64,000 nucleotides of DNA from Entomortierella parvispora E1425 (taxonomy: Eukaryota; Fungi; Mortierellomycota), in the NCBI GenBank assembly GCA_020891255.1, contig BQFW01000012.1:1674001-1738000 (forward strand). Direction: 5' to 3'. Both the position numbers and the translations under genes were made by a program. The notes under the pieces are model-generated. The model made no database searches, was not told where the DNA came from, and worked only from the letters and a program-made list of their open reading frames with translations. This document shows positions 23,878 to 37,205 of the stretch, one piece after another. The first letter of the stretch is position 1. Each line of letters begins with the position of its first letter.

Positions 23878-24806
23878 TCATGATGACTTTGCTGCTGATG
23901 CTGCTGTCGTTGATGGGACATGCTCCGCGGTTGGTGTGTATTTGATCCAGTTCCACTTCAAGCCTCCGCGAATCTCGACAGGCTTGCCCTCGTTCAAGAC
24001 CTTGCCCCTCCAGACCTGGACACCATAGGCCTTTCCGTGGTTCAATTCAGGTCCAGTGAGCTTGACCGATGTGACCTTGTAGTAGCAGTCTGTGAAGCCC
24101 TTCGAGATCAATTTCGTAGTTGTCTAGTGTGTCATAGTGAAAATAAAAAGAAGGATATGGATGAGTTATGAGACTCGGGTTTTGTGCTGTATGTAGTAGG
24201 AACTAAGTACTGCAACGGAATGACGACGACAAACTTCTCCTGAGAAAGGAAGGTGTCGTCTCCAAGAGGTCCTATCCATTGGTTGCAGTTGCTGATGATT
24301 TTAGGCGTCCACGACGAAGCTTCGATGCCTGTGTTCAGTTTCAATAGATGCAACTTTCCGGTCATCTACGAAGCCGAGAAGGTTGGCTTTTGGACCATAA
24401 AATAGAAAAATCCCAGAACTCTGCTTGGTCCTGATCTGCTTGGTCCTGATCTGCTTGTCCATGAGTTCATGTAGCAAGTCGACTCCTGCGACCAGCTCCA
24501 TGCATTGGTCTTTCAAGGTTGATTCATCTCTTTCCACAAGGAGACCATGTTGCATCGTAAGCAAAGCGCTCTCCTCCGAGAAGTGGATAGGCTGGCAAGC
24601 CTCCTGTGTCCAGCGAATCCTGTTCCTGCACATGCGCGCGGCTACTCTCAAGAGCAATGGCCACAGACACTTACGACGGTCTCTCCGACTCCGTTGTTGT
24701 TGATGACCTTCAAGGCTCTGTAGAGGTTCTTGGGCTGAGATGCCTTTGCGATGATGGGCAGGGCATTGCCTGTCTTTGTGAGGATCTCCTTGGCGATGGC
24801 AGACAT
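23878..24806 (-). CDS. Mitochondrial ribosomal protein mS34-like; exons 24806-24675 and 24123-23878
   Basis: Spliced product MSAIAKEIL...KNLYRALKVINNNGVGETVTTTKLISKGFTDCYYKVTSVKL...HGKAYGVQVWRGK follows the mS34 pattern (KNLxxxL..xxGVG...CYxxITxV...GKAxGxxxxRG). Phase-0 intron of 551 nt. Confidence 0.72.
24421..24458. repeat. 15-bp tandem repeat (CTGCTTGGTCCTGAT, ~2.5 copies) in the mS34 intron
   Basis: Read directly from the sequence. Confidence 0.9.
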
Positions 24807-25194
24807 GATAAGGGCGAGGGGGTGTGTGGAAAGAAGAGATGAGGTTGGTGGCAAGCGGAACTCGACATGCCAGCATGCTGATCGCTCTCCGGTTTTTGTT
24901 GTTCCTGGAGAAAAACACAGTCACAGATCTTTAGGGAATTTGGGGCGGTTTTATTTGCGATGCAAGGATGGTGACAATAAAGATAATAAAATAAACAAAA
25001 GACCCATGAAACCCAACCACCATCGATGGCCGCCGACCTTGTCTACCGAAAAAACAGAAATACAAGGTAAAATAAGGCTAGGCAAAGGCAGACGACTGAC
25101 AGGCAAATAGGGAGGATAATGGGATGCAAGAAACAAAAACGGGATGGAAAAAAAAAGATACAAGGGTGTGAAGAGGAGACCTGACATCAACAAC

Positions 25195-26878
25195 TTATTC
25201 AGAGTCGGAAGAGTCAGCCTTCTTGCTCTTCTTCTCCTTCTTCTCCTTCTTGTCCTTCTTGTCCTTCTTCTCCTTCTTGGCCTTCTTCTCCTTCTTCTCC
25301 TTCTTCTCCTTCTTCTCAGAGTCAGAGTCAGAGGAGTCGGCGGCCTTGCGCTTCTTATCCTCCTCCTTCACAGCAGCGGGAGCAGCGACGGGGGCGGCAA
25401 CGGGGGCAGCGGCGGCGGGGGCAGCGGGGTCCTCGCGGTTGTAGTCGACATAGCCCTTCTTCCAGCCCTCGGGGGTCTCCTCGGTGGTACGGCCGAACTT
25501 GTCGAGCTTGCCATCCTTGATCAACTTCTTCTTCTCCTGGGCCTTGGGTCCCAATCCCCAGCGACGGGGGTAGGTGTCACGCTCCATGATGACACGCTTG
25601 ATCTTGGCGACAACACCGTGGTCGCAGGTGGCCATGACGGCAGTGGTCATCTGGGCAATACCCAAAGCAATGGCCTCTCCCTTGGTGGTCATCAAAACAA
25701 CCTCCTCGTTGACCTCAATTCCAGACTCGTAACGGAGGAGACCGGGGATCATCAACTTGGCTCCGTAGCAGATGGCGTTGACAGCGCTGTCCTTGACAAC
25801 AACACGCTTGTAGGTGGTCAAGAGAGTCTCCAAGGGGCGAACGACCTTGCGGATATAAGACTCATCCTTGGTGTTGTCGTACATCCACTGAGCATCCAAA
25901 ACGTCGTGCATGGTGACAATATCATCCTCCTCGCCCATGTGTCCAGAGCGGACACGACGGAGCTCCTGCATGTGTCCACCGACACCGAGCAAGAGACCCA
26001 TGTGCACGCACATCGTACGCATATAAGTACCGGCCTCGCAAGCAACCCAGAAGACAGCCAAGTGGCGGTCGTTGTCGAACTCGATCAACTTGGACTCGTG
26101 GATGGTACGGATACGGAGCTGACGCTTGACAGCCGAGATCAGAGGGGGGCGCTGGAAGAGAGCACCGGTCAAGGTCTCGAGGGTCTGGGCGAGCTTCTTC
26201 TCAGACTCAATGGCATCGTGAAGACGGAGAACGCAGACGTACTCCTTACCGGCACCCTGCTGGGACTTGACCAAGCGAGTGGCACGGTCAATGCAGACAA
26301 TCAAACATCCAGTAACCTTAGGATCAAGAGTTCCAGAGTGACCAGTCTTCTCAACACGGAGAATACGACGGACCCAGGCGACAACCTCGTGGGAGGAGGG
26401 GTTAGCGGGCTTGTCCAAGTTGATGACACCATATCTATGTTGTTTAGCAATGGGTCAGTCAGTTGGTCCTGGCTCATTATTCTGACGATCGGTTGGGCAT
26501 CCAAAAGTCTTCCAAGATCAATACCTGACGTATTCAGCGAGCTCACGTCTCAAAGGAGAGCAACCGCTGGGGATGGGGGTGTAGTGACCAGTGCGGACAT
26601 TGAGCTTGTCGTAGTTCTGTTGAGGGTGTCAAAGATATTTTGAAATGGGGTGCAGTATTTTCAGAAAAGTATAAGGTCAGGTCAATAAAAGGCAAATATA
26701 CAAGCACATGGGCATGACATGGTAATGAAAGGCAGGAAAGTTGGGCGGTCATCGAGTTTGTTCGCACCTTCAACAACAAGGGCCAGTCGGCGGTGTTCAG
26801 GGTAGGGGTGGCAGCCTCGGGCTTGATGGCAAAGTCGCCTTTTCTCTGAGCCTCCTCAATGTTCTTCGCGCTGGACAT
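25195..26878 (-). CDS. CBF5: H/ACA snoRNP pseudouridine synthase Cbf5/dyskerin; exons 26878-26768, 26616-26525, 26434-25195
   Basis: [46 protein letters not shown] domain ([14 protein letters not shown]), [15 protein letters not shown] and KKE-rich tail. Confidence 0.98.
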
Positions 26879-27634
26879 GTCGTTCGATTGTGTGGATGGA
26901 TGGAGGAGAGAGACGGATGCATGCACTGCTATTCTATTGTATGTACTCAGTTTTTTTTTCTTTTTTTTCAAAGCTTGTTGTTTGGATCAATTTTCCAAGC
27001 CACCGGAAAGACGGTCAAAGTCACGTGAAATCGCGACGCGCGATTTGTTTTTTTAATAAATTTACGCGAAAAAACGAAGGTAAAAAAAAGAAAAGTGTAG
27101 CAAACAAAGTGGAGCAAAAGATATAATAAAAGAGAAAAAAAGAAGACGAACAGAAAGGAAGACGAAATTGATGCAAAAGAAAGGAACAACGGGAATGAAT
27201 GCGAACAATAAGAGTATTTTTTTTTAGGCGTCTTGATAACCGAAGGGCGGTAAGATCGAGAGCAGTTCAGTTTGAGGCTTCGAGCAGAATCCATGGTATG
27301 ATCGGTATTACGAGAGAAATAGGGAGGAACTGAGAAAATAGCATGCAGAGGAAGGGGCACTTTGACGATTGTGACTAAATGTTTCGACATAATAAAATGA
27401 AGGTAAAGCAGTGGAGAACATGAACAGGAACAGGGACTGGAATGGGACAAAGCTTTTGGGTCGTGCTCAAGCAAATTCGGGGTAAAAGTAATATCAGAAA
27501 CGATAAAAATGAATGAAGGGTACGAAAAAGGGCAACCTGAAAAAAAAAAGAAAAAATAGGAATGGAAGCTGCTCAAGTGGAACGATGGTGCAATACTCTG
27601 AGAGTCGGATACATGCAGTCCAGCTTTCAAAAAC

Positions 27635-29648
27635 TTAAGCATAGATCGATCCAGATCCTCTCCAGTTTGCTCCATCGTCCATGCGATCCATAATTCCTTC
27701 CTTGCGATCCATGAAAGCACGGTTTTGCTGGTCAACAGGGATTCTCTCCATGGGGTCGCGCTGAGATTGGGTTGGTATCATTCCAGGGCCCATTGAGCCT
27801 TGAATAGGAGCTGGGTAGGAGCCATAAGGGATAGAGCCTCGGTTACCCATCCCGAACTGGTTTTGCATGGGTGCGCTATAATATGTAGAAATGGAGCGGG
27901 GTGTGAGTCTATTTTGAATTCAATGATAAACGAGTATCGAGTTGAGTATCTTGGATCTTACCGGAAGTTGCTTGCGCCACCCATCATCGAGGATCCTAGT
28001 GGCGACATCGGCTTTGGATCATTTTGTGCACGTCCCCATGACAGACGAACTCGCGAGTTTCCTAGATAGCGAAGGCCTGGTTAGTCTCTTTATGGAAACA
28101 AGTCTGTCTCGGCTACTACCGTAGAAGGTCGTGCTTACCAATCTGATAGCCATTCAATTGATTGATGGCCATCTCGGCGCTCTGTCGGTGTACAAACTGC
28201 ACAAAACCACATCCTTTGCCTGGAGGGATCTTGACGTAGGTGATATCGCCAAACATGGAGAATGCGCTCCTGAGCTCATCCTCATGAGTAACACCAGTGA
28301 GACCACCAACAAACACGGTGGTATTGTTGGGGTCTGTGAATTGGTTGACAGAGTGCTGAGGGCTGCTAGACTGAGCTGGGGGAGGGTATCCGTAGCCCGC
28401 GGCGGGCATGCCCATGCCCATACCCATGCCCATTGCAGAAGGAGCGCCAGTCATGCCACCCATGGCACCCATGCCTCCTGTGTGTGTCTTGTTCTTTGGT
28501 GTGGCCATGGAAATGCGAATTGGGCGACTACCGCAAAAAACGCCCTGCATCTCCTGCAAGGAGCGCAACTGCTCGCTTTCGTCGCCAAATCGAACGAAGC
28601 CGTAGCCTATCGAACCCAAAAAGTGATGTTAGGAGCCAAGCTTGAGATCAGCAATAAAACCTTGCCTTCTTCTTTGTCCCCGAGATGGTTTGATCACAAC
28701 AACCAAAGTGAACTCTTACCTCTCGAAAGCCCAGTGGCAGGGTCAGTCATGATCTTGGCAGAACGGACAGACATGTACCGTTCCTGGAAAGTGGACTAAA
28801 AGGCGGCAGTAAACACGAAAAGGGATAAATCATCGGAAAGACGGGAAGAAGCCGCGTTACACTACACGTCCACAAACTTATCGGAGCGCCCCACACTTAC
28901 CACCAGCATGTACTCTGTGACCTCAGCCGAAAGATCCCCAACGAACACAGAAAACTCTTGCCCGTTTCCAGGTTGACTAACATGACCAAGGGAGACAAAA
29001 GAAGAGTCGCTTGATCAATAAAAAGGCCAAATGGTCCAACCCCTTTCCCAAGGGAAAATCAGGGTGCATTGCGGGGTTGGGGGCACACTTACGACGTGGG
29101 AGGAACGCTGCCACCAGAGGCCCAGTTGAGGCGGAAGACCTTGTTGGTGCCTGGGATCATAACGCCGTTCAACGTGTTGATGGCCTTGGCAGCAGCAGCA
29201 GGACTGGAGAGTTCAACAAAGCAGTACCCAGCACTGACCCTATGGATGGAGCGAAACTGTTTAATAACAAGAACTGCATGCTCATCCCATGCCGCAGCTT
29301 TTTTGTTCTTTTTTTTCTCTTGTAACAACGACGAGGACATGCACGCGTACCCTGTGTATTTGTCGCGAATCATTTTGACCACAACTTGTTCGCCTGCACT
29401 ATACCAGGCTCCTCGAATCCAATTCTCATCCATCCAAGGATCGAGCTCGCCCATCCTATGCCGACAAGAGAGCATGCATGTTTTGGTCAGTTCATGGCCC
29501 CAAAGTTTCCTTTTAAGCGTGTTCAAAGGCGGACGTTTCCTCGAGATGCTGCTCACCAGAGAGACGAAGACGACCTCACGTCGTTGTTGAAGCCGGGCAA
29601 TTGTGGTGGCTGATGTTGCTGGAAAGCACTGGGGTCATAGAAGGCCAT
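27635..29648 (-). CDS. Triple-RRM RNA-binding protein, NAM8/NGR1/TRNAU1AP family (multi-exon)
   Basis: RRM1 LWMGELDPWMDENWIR...GYCFVEL...FRLNWASG; RRM2 FSVFVGDLSAEVTE...GFVRFGDESEQLRSLQEMQG; RRM3 DPNNTTVFVGGL...IPPGKGCGFVQF...GNSRVRLSWG. Last exons were spliced to the stop at 27635. Confidence 0.9.
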
Positions 29649-30251
29649 TGTGAGAGTAATGCTGAAAGATACAAAGAAAGAGAGAACAGAACAGGAAACA
29701 GGGGTATGAAGATGTGCTTGTCTTGAATTAGGTGGGAATGGAAAACGGAGATATGAGAGAGATGAGAGGGGGATATGATGCAATGGCGGAGGGAAGGGGA
29801 GGCGGGAGAGGAGGGGGGAGACGGGGATGATGATGAATGAAGGAGGGGATGAGGGAAGGGGATGAAGAAAGAGCAGCGGAGACAACAATGGTTGGTACTC
29901 TTGGGCACAGGGATGAGGTGGCAGTGAGCGCGCAAGAGGGTCTGTGGTCTGTGACCAAGGGAGCAAAGCGGGGGGGAGCGCTAAAGGGTCGAGTGACTGA
30001 GTGACTGGACGGGCGATGCCTTGGTTCGCGTGCTGCCTGGACGCTGACGCCACACCGCACCACACACCGCATCCTCGTTGTCTTTCTCCCTCTCTCCCTC
30101 TCTCCCTCTTCTTTCTCTCATTCTCTTTCTATCCCCTCATCTTTGTTCTCCCCGTCAGTGTGCAGATGCGGGCTTTTTATGTTTGAACTTGGGCTGCTAT
30201 GACTGACTATAACGAACTGTCGGGTTAGACGCGCCACCATCTTGGATACGC

Positions 30252-31806
30252 TCAAGTTCTAACAGGGATGACAAAAACGAGGTTAATTATCTCCGATGGA
30301 CAATGAGGACAAACTCTTATTTGCCAACAGCTCGGCAAGAGCTCGGCATGATCAGCTCTAAAACACTTGCCTGCTTTGACGCCGATCGGTCTCCCGTAAT
30401 CTGTCCGAGCCCTTTTAAGCTTTGGCTGTTGATGTTCAATGTCGAGCTGCCTTGCCTCGTTCAAGGCAATATGGATCTTTGTGTAGTGCTGTCTCTGGTC
30501 GTCTGACCGTCCTATTGAGAAGAGATCCAGCATCTGATGACTAAAGTCTGTGGTTTGCGGAAATTCGTGACAAAAATGTAAGTAAACGGCTGCCAGCTTA
30601 CCACTCACAGTTCAAAAGTTCTACAGTGGCTCATTTTTACCTTCCACATCAATTGATCTTGTCCGCAGTGCTTTCATCCATGGCTCGCCGTTAATTAAAT
30701 CTGGAAATGGTTCTTCAATCAGTTTTGAAGCTAGGTATATAGAACCCGCCGCAATTGTGTGGGGTGGGTATTCAAGACAAACGCCAATTTTGTAGCTAAG
30801 AGTATTGAGTTGACAAGATTAGAACATGTTCACGCAAATGGATCAAAGTGACAACGGGGGTTTTCACCGCTATTACCTGTCGCGTGCAATGAACCAGGCT
30901 TGCCGAGCTAGAGCTTTAGATCCTTTCATAAGTCGGACAAACTTGACAATGTACTTGTAAGGATGGATAATCCGAAAATCAAAACATATTGACTCCAAAA
31001 CCATTTTCTCGTAGGAAAGAACGCGTTTCCGTTGCTCCTCGCCTTCCTATTTATCCAAGTGTCAAAGGTCCACGATGTTAGAAACGTCCGCCCGTCAATC
31101 ATTCGCAACAATAGCCCCTGTAACTGTTGCATCTTCTACCTTGCTCTCTGTATCCCAGTCCGTAGCGTGTGGGTGGCGATGAAGATATGTTGCTATCATG
31201 ATGTCTTTGAGCTTTTTGATTGTGTCTTCTACCTTGGACGACACAAATAAGCATGCCATCACAACCTATAATCAACCTGTGTCAGCAGTCTGTAAATGTA
31301 ATCATGCACCGATGAGCTCCATGGATTTATAAATGGCATACCTCGTTTCCGGTATCCGGAACAGAATTGAACATGAAAAACCGGTGCAACAAGAGTTGTG
31401 CCGTACTAATAGTGTGCTGTGGACTAGAAGTGTGGTTGCGAATTCGATACCATTGTTAGAATTTTGTCCATGGTTGTTTGTGTGCCTTCCAAATGTACGA
31501 TAAACTGGTTTCATACAACCCAATGCGCTTTCCAATAAGGGCAATAGTTTCGCATGACTCTCTGCGCATATCGGCCTGCCGGTATGTACTGATCCCAGGA
31601 TGTCGTGCGGCGTAAATAGTGTCCTGGTCCTGTTTGCTGTAGTATGTCCTGGAGACTCTGTTTATGGAATTCAGCACCTGGAGATGGAGCTGGTCCACCT
31701 GCTGGGGTGGCCGATAGAGGATCTCGGGCATGGTGTGTCCATGAGCCGGCAATGAGGAGGCTGGGGTGAGGGGGCTGGCAGAGGTCGGTCTACTCGGAGA
31801 GTACAT
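30252..31806 (-). CDS. Transcriptional cyclin, CTK2/cyclin K-like (CTD kinase beta subunit); multi-exon and mostly missed by the ORF track
   Basis: Hand-spliced exons give PQHTISTAQLLLHRFF, VVMACLFVSSKVEDTIKKLKDI, VLSYEKMVLESICFDFRIIHPYKYIVKF and AWFIARDSYKIGVCLEYPPHTIAAGSIYLA, i.e. both cyclin boxes. Start is either 31806 or 31731; the 3' end is less certain. Confidence 0.85.
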
Positions 31807-32015
31807 GGGTCCGTTCGGCTGCGAGAGATGGAGAGAGAGAAAGAGAGAGATTGGTGGCAATGAATGAGGAAGAAAGTGAATGCATGTGCCAAAAGGCTAA
31901 AAGAGCGGCACTCGGTGCGGTGGCTTGGCTGATCCGCTGCACATAGGTCTGTGTCCTGACCCTTGGAGTCTGCACCTTGTCCCCGCTCCATCCTTCAAAC
32001 CCATTGCCCTCTGCC
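31807..32015. promoter_or_regulatory. Short bidirectional promoter region between the cyclin and HEATR6-like genes
   Basis: Divergent ATGs only ~210 bp apart. Confidence 0.45.
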
Positions 32016-35000
32016 ATGTCACATCCACCTCGGCAGCGCAGGACTCACAGAGGCGGCCGTAGACAGGACCAGGATAGTTCAGCTGGACGACAGACAATTC
32101 AGCGGCATGCGCGCGATGTTGCCCAACAGACTGCAACAGCGGACGAGGACTCGACTCAAGGCCGTCACGTCGTTCGTGAGCAGCTGGAGGCCATTCTAAG
32201 CAGGGCCAAGGCTGAAAAGGCCGACAGGCAGGAGGATACCAAGGCAGAACTAGACGCTCCACCGCTTTCACAGGTACAATCAGCATACCTATTTTGATGA
32301 GCAAGGGTTGGCTGGGCTTTTTCGTGGAATTAATTTGGAATTGTCTGCAGTTGGCACTAGACCGACTCGCCCAAGCATGCAAGGCGCTGTCCAGCAGCAA
32401 CTCGGAAGACATAGAGCTGATGTCGACCGTTGTCTTTACTTTGTTCAATCAGGATATCATCAAGGTAGTAAGCTAGGCTGGACTGTCAATCACACTCATT
32501 CTTGAAAAGTTCGATCTAACCCGTGCTCCAGATTCCTCAGTCCAGCCCCACACACCGACATATGATAGAGGCCTTGTGCGCCTACTTCTTGTCGGCCTTC
32601 AGCTCTTTGGAGTCCACAAGAACAGAATCTTCAATGGAAGGGACATCAGTCCCTATTGCTAGTTCTAGTTCAGCACACCCAGAATCGCGTACACGTATGC
32701 AAATCGATGTCTTGAGAGCACTCAGCGCTGCTCTTTTCGAGAACAGTTCAGGCGTCAAAGAGGTGGGTATCCCAAGACTGTAAAATTGCTAGATAATCCC
32801 TGTCGAGTCGCTTACCAACATTTTCACATTGAACTCTAGTCACTATTAGAGCTTTTTCGGATTATCAGTCATATTACTAGCAATCCACTTAAACATGGAC
32901 AACCGGAGTTAAGACGAATGGCACTGAACTGCCTGGCCAATTTGATCCATGGCACAGGTTCACTTTTTTCAACCCTACACGAGCGCATGTATGGAATTCT
33001 TCTCTCCAGCCTGACGACGACATCACAGTACGAATCGGGAGCCCTTTCCAATATCTCCAACTTGGCGAGGAGAAAAGACATGGCATCTGAAAGAAAGGTA
33101 TGTTTTCTTGCTGACAGTCTACAGGTAGAGTGTTTTTTCGTTACTGACTCCTAAACTGCCAATAGCTTATCAGCTCCGCACTCCGGGCGCTCCACTTCTT
33201 ACTTCAAGAGGATAGGCATATTGCGACAAGGTCACTCAGTCCAATCCTGGACGTTATATTCCGATACATGTTTTACTCCTCTGAGAATCCCTCGTCTGCG
33301 GTCAGTAATGGAACTGTGCCAGGCGCTCTTAGCGTCGGTGTTATCAAGAGATCATCCTATGCTGCACTTCCCAGCACTATACCCACCACAAAAGTCTCAG
33401 GATCCACCGCTGCACAACGTCTTGATGGTTCACATATCGATTTCTCTATACCCCAACGAGGTCTGCAGTCTTCAGATTCGGAATTTTCAGATTCGGAATC
33501 AGGAACCTCTCAGGCCCAACGGAGGCAGCACGATGGAAAAGTTCGGCTGAATGCTCTGCTCTGTCTACAATCGATTGCGCGCACCACTCCAAAACAATTG
33601 CAACCTCACTGGCCAAAATTCTTGACCACTTCGAGCTTTCCGCCTATGTGGGCAGGAATTCATAAATCGCCATCCCTGATGACCCTGGCAGGATCGGATC
33701 CGATCCTGACAGTAAGGTCTGCGGCATGCGTAGTCCTAGGAAATATCTTTGAGACGTCAAAGCAGTATCTAGCAATGGCGGAAGAAAAGTCAGTATTACC
33801 CGGAAACAGGAGCCAGGCAGGAATACTAGCCTTGTCCGAGAGGATCGGTTTGATGTGTAGGGAGCTTCATGCGGGCATGGCGGCCGCATTGGATGGGGTG
33901 GATAGTTCACTGGACCATGGAACTATCGTCCAGATGATCAAATGTTGTTCGACTATCGTGGCAAACTCCTCGTATGAGAAAATGGAGCCATCGCTCTGTT
34001 TAAAACTGTACACCCCTATCAAGAAATACCTGGTCGGGCATGGTACGTGTTCTAGACTGTAAGATCGATGAATGCAAGTTTTCTTCGGAGTTTACTCACA
34101 ATAATATCATTGTTTTGATAGAATTGGCGCTGCAGACCGCTGCTCTGTCATTTGTGTCAGCCCTCTTGAGCAATTCAAGTGCCCAGACTGGAGTTCGAGA
34201 GTATATTTTGTCTCCTGGTTCCACTTCTCATTCTCAGAAACCGGAGCTTCTTTCGATACTTCTGGGATTTGTAGAGGGCGAGAGCATGTCTGGAAAGATA
34301 GAGTCTTGGACCACCCTGCGAGCTATATCACAGTTTCATTTCGAGAGTGTTCGAGAAATCTGGCTGAGGTTAGATGAGGCTCTGAGGGCCATTGGGGCCC
34401 AGAGTGATATTCGAGTTTGGTCCGCAGCTCTTCTGTTTTTGGAAGAGTATGCAAAGGCAGGGCTTAGTTCTGCGGTACCTCTTGTAAGTTTTCTAGATCG
34501 ATGAGGCGACAAATACTGTTGATAATGGACTGACTCTAGGCTTTATTAATGACAGGCACTCAACTGGTGGAGAGAGGCTTTGGAGATCCATATACTCAAA
34601 GCTTTTGGAGAAGACTCTCCTGCTTTGAAAGCTCTCGGTTGTGACTTTATGTCAGTTCTGACCTCAAGCATCTTCAGCAACTTGCCGGTAAGTACAACAA
34701 GGTCATCCTAACGGCGAATATACAGTAACACTGACCAAATCGTATTGTAATCGTCCGTCCATGTAGAGTCGTATGCAAGTATTGATCCTGTCGTTGGTGC
34801 TTGGAACATCCGAAGATGAAAATGGTGGTGCAAGAGCGGCATCGTGTCGCACCATCGGGGTTTTCATCCTCTTTCCTTCACAGTGGGAGGACAGCACCAA
34901 TATCACAGACATGGCCAACACCGTGTTGGACCTTTGCCAGGATGCAAATTTAGCGGTCCGCGTGCGCGCAAGTTGGGCTGTTGGAAATCTGTGCGATGCA

Positions 35001-35866
35001 TTTGTGCTCATGACGACCAATGGACGTACCCACATCCTTCAAGAGATTCTTACTCTTGCCATGTGGACCAAAATCATGAGAACTGCAATTATGATCTCGC
35101 AAGACCATGAGAAGCTGAAATCCAATGGCATCCGAGCCATAGGTGGGCTTTTACGTGTTTCATTTGAAGGCATTATTGACCGAGAAAGACATAGTCTCGT
35201 CAAAGATGCTGTTAATACACTTATCAAGCACATGGAGCATGGATCCTTGAAGGTAAGAGCCATGTCACTGAACTGTTCTATTGACCACTTGCTCTCGTCC
35301 ATAGCTGATCGTTTTCGTCCTTTCATATTTAGGGTCGCTGGAATGCCTGCTATGCAATGCAGAATGTTCTTCTCAATCCAGACTTCCCGATCGGCTCCAC
35401 GTTTGGGACGAGTTACGCGCTCGATTCGGACCTGGTTTCATGGACGCGGGATATCTATGGGGCTCTTTTGCAGGCAATCCAACACAGTAGGAACTTTAAA
35501 GTTCGTATCAACGCCTGTGCAGCTCTGACCGTGCCCAAAACTCGGGCAAAGTATGGCGACCAAGCCCTTTTCCGCGAGATTGTAAGGGTGGTAATGTCAT
35601 GTGCCCAAAACCTGGATGCAGAGCAAGGCGACCATGAGTTTGGCGAACTGCAGTATCGCGACCAGTTGGAGTTGAAACTATTGAGGTGCTTGGATCACCT
35701 GTTACAGCTTTCTGGAGGGGTTGCTACGCTTGATCTAGATTTGGACCCAGCCTTAAGACGTCGGATAGTGGCAAGCAGACCAGCACTGGTAGACTCTGCT
35801 GCAAGCTCTACTCAACAGCATGCAGAGGTGTTGAATAGCAATGACCCATCCACAAGCTCACATTAA
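32016..35866 (+). CDS. HEAT repeat-containing protein 6-like (multi-exon)
   Basis: KVRLNALLCLQSIARTTPKQLQPHWPKFL, VRVRASWAVGNLCD, KLKSNGIRAIGGL, spliced GRWNACYAMQNVLLN, and NFKVRINACAALTVP are characteristic of HEATR6 homologues. Confidence 0.82.
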
Positions 35867-37205
35867 TATTAAAATCTAAGTCGCGTTTGACCCATGAGGT
35901 GTATCATCAGGAAACGAAACCAGAGTTGGCAGGTTGACACAAAAGCTGTACCTGCTCCATACAAGTCGCGGCTCATGGAGGCCGATGCGCACCTGGCCTT
36001 TTGTGTCCAGACTAAAATTCATCATCAACGGACACAAGCGACAACTGTCAACAACGCATCGCCTACAGATCAAACAAACCCAACGACAGACAGAACTACA
36101 AAATCATCCCACTCAACGTCAGCCAATCGGCAGAAAAACAGCCGCCCGAGACGTTAGCCTAGGGTGGGAGAGTAGGGGTGCACGAAGGCAAGGGTCTATT
36201 AAGCAAGACAGGGTGCTCTTTAAGCCGAATAAAAGCAGGGAAAATTGGACAGGAAACTCTATGTTACCGCTCTTGGTCTGATTTGCTGATCATTCTTCTC
36301 CCTCCACAGGGGACCGGCAAGGTATAACAGGAGAGGTACATCCAGAACTGGCGGGAGATGGCGGTTTTGGGCAAATGGCGGCATGACCAGGAATGACGCG
36401 TCGGAAGGCGCGTACTAACAGGCATCTTGCCGCCTTGATTTGGGTCCACGCTGGGTGGGCGATTGAGGGGCCCGGAAAAGGCTGCTTTAGATCATGCACA
36501 TGTGCGGTGATGGCGCTCCTAGGCCTAGACAGGGAGGCAAAGAGGAGAGATCCAGGATTTCAAAGGGGAAATTGGGGAGCCTTTTTGAAGATCTTCGACC
36601 TGCTTTGTCCTTCTCCGTGATCTGCGTCTCCAAAGAGCGTTGACAGCAATCCAGTAGGACTACTGCAACTGGTGCACCTTGCAGATGGTGGACAGGGCAG
36701 TGAGGATCAAGAAGCACAATTGTGGCAAAATACAGTAGTAAGCAGAGATAGACATCCAGAGCGAGAGAGAGAAAGGAGAGGAGGGGAGAGGACAGCGCAT
36801 CGGTCCCCGTGTTGTTGTCCCCCTGGCTTCATCATACCTTTTGTCCTGCTATCATCGTCTCCTTTGGTGGGAGCCTTCCTTTCCCTTTTCCCTTTTCCTC
36901 TTTTCTTTCCTTTTCCTTTTCCTTTTCCTTCTCCTCTCACTCTTATTGCTCTGCTCTCCATTCACCATTGCAGCCTCCATTCCTCCGCCACTGATTCACT
37001 TGTTCATTCACCCTCCCATTCAACCTTCATTGCACGACACAGTTTTGGGTCGAGGATTTTTTTCTGTTGTCTCTTCTCCCCCTGGCCGTTAGTTTCCCTT
37101 TTTTGTCACTTGCCCTGAACCTGTTTAGTCTTTCACAGCAAAGAACTACACATACATCCATACATCCTTCCTTTTCCTCAACTCCGGTATACCTTCAAAG
37201 AGGCG

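Noticed and set aside
24151-24158. ATATCCTT on the minus strand as a U12-type 5' splice site
   Set aside because: It lies in the polypyrimidine tract near the 3' end of a normal GT-AG intron, with no U12 branch site or AC acceptor.
24170-24362. RNase P/MRP RNA in the mS34 intron (GGAAAGTT and ACAAAACCCGAGTC resemble CR-I and CR-V)
   Set aside because: The two segments cannot form the P4 helix.
25144-26643. Plus-strand 499-aa ORF
   Set aside because: Antisense shadow of the highly codon-biased CBF5 gene.
25195-31806. CBF5, NAM8-like and CTK2-like genes as a functional RNA-processing cluster
   Set aside because: Three adjacent housekeeping genes are expected by chance in a gene-dense genome; no shared motif was seen.
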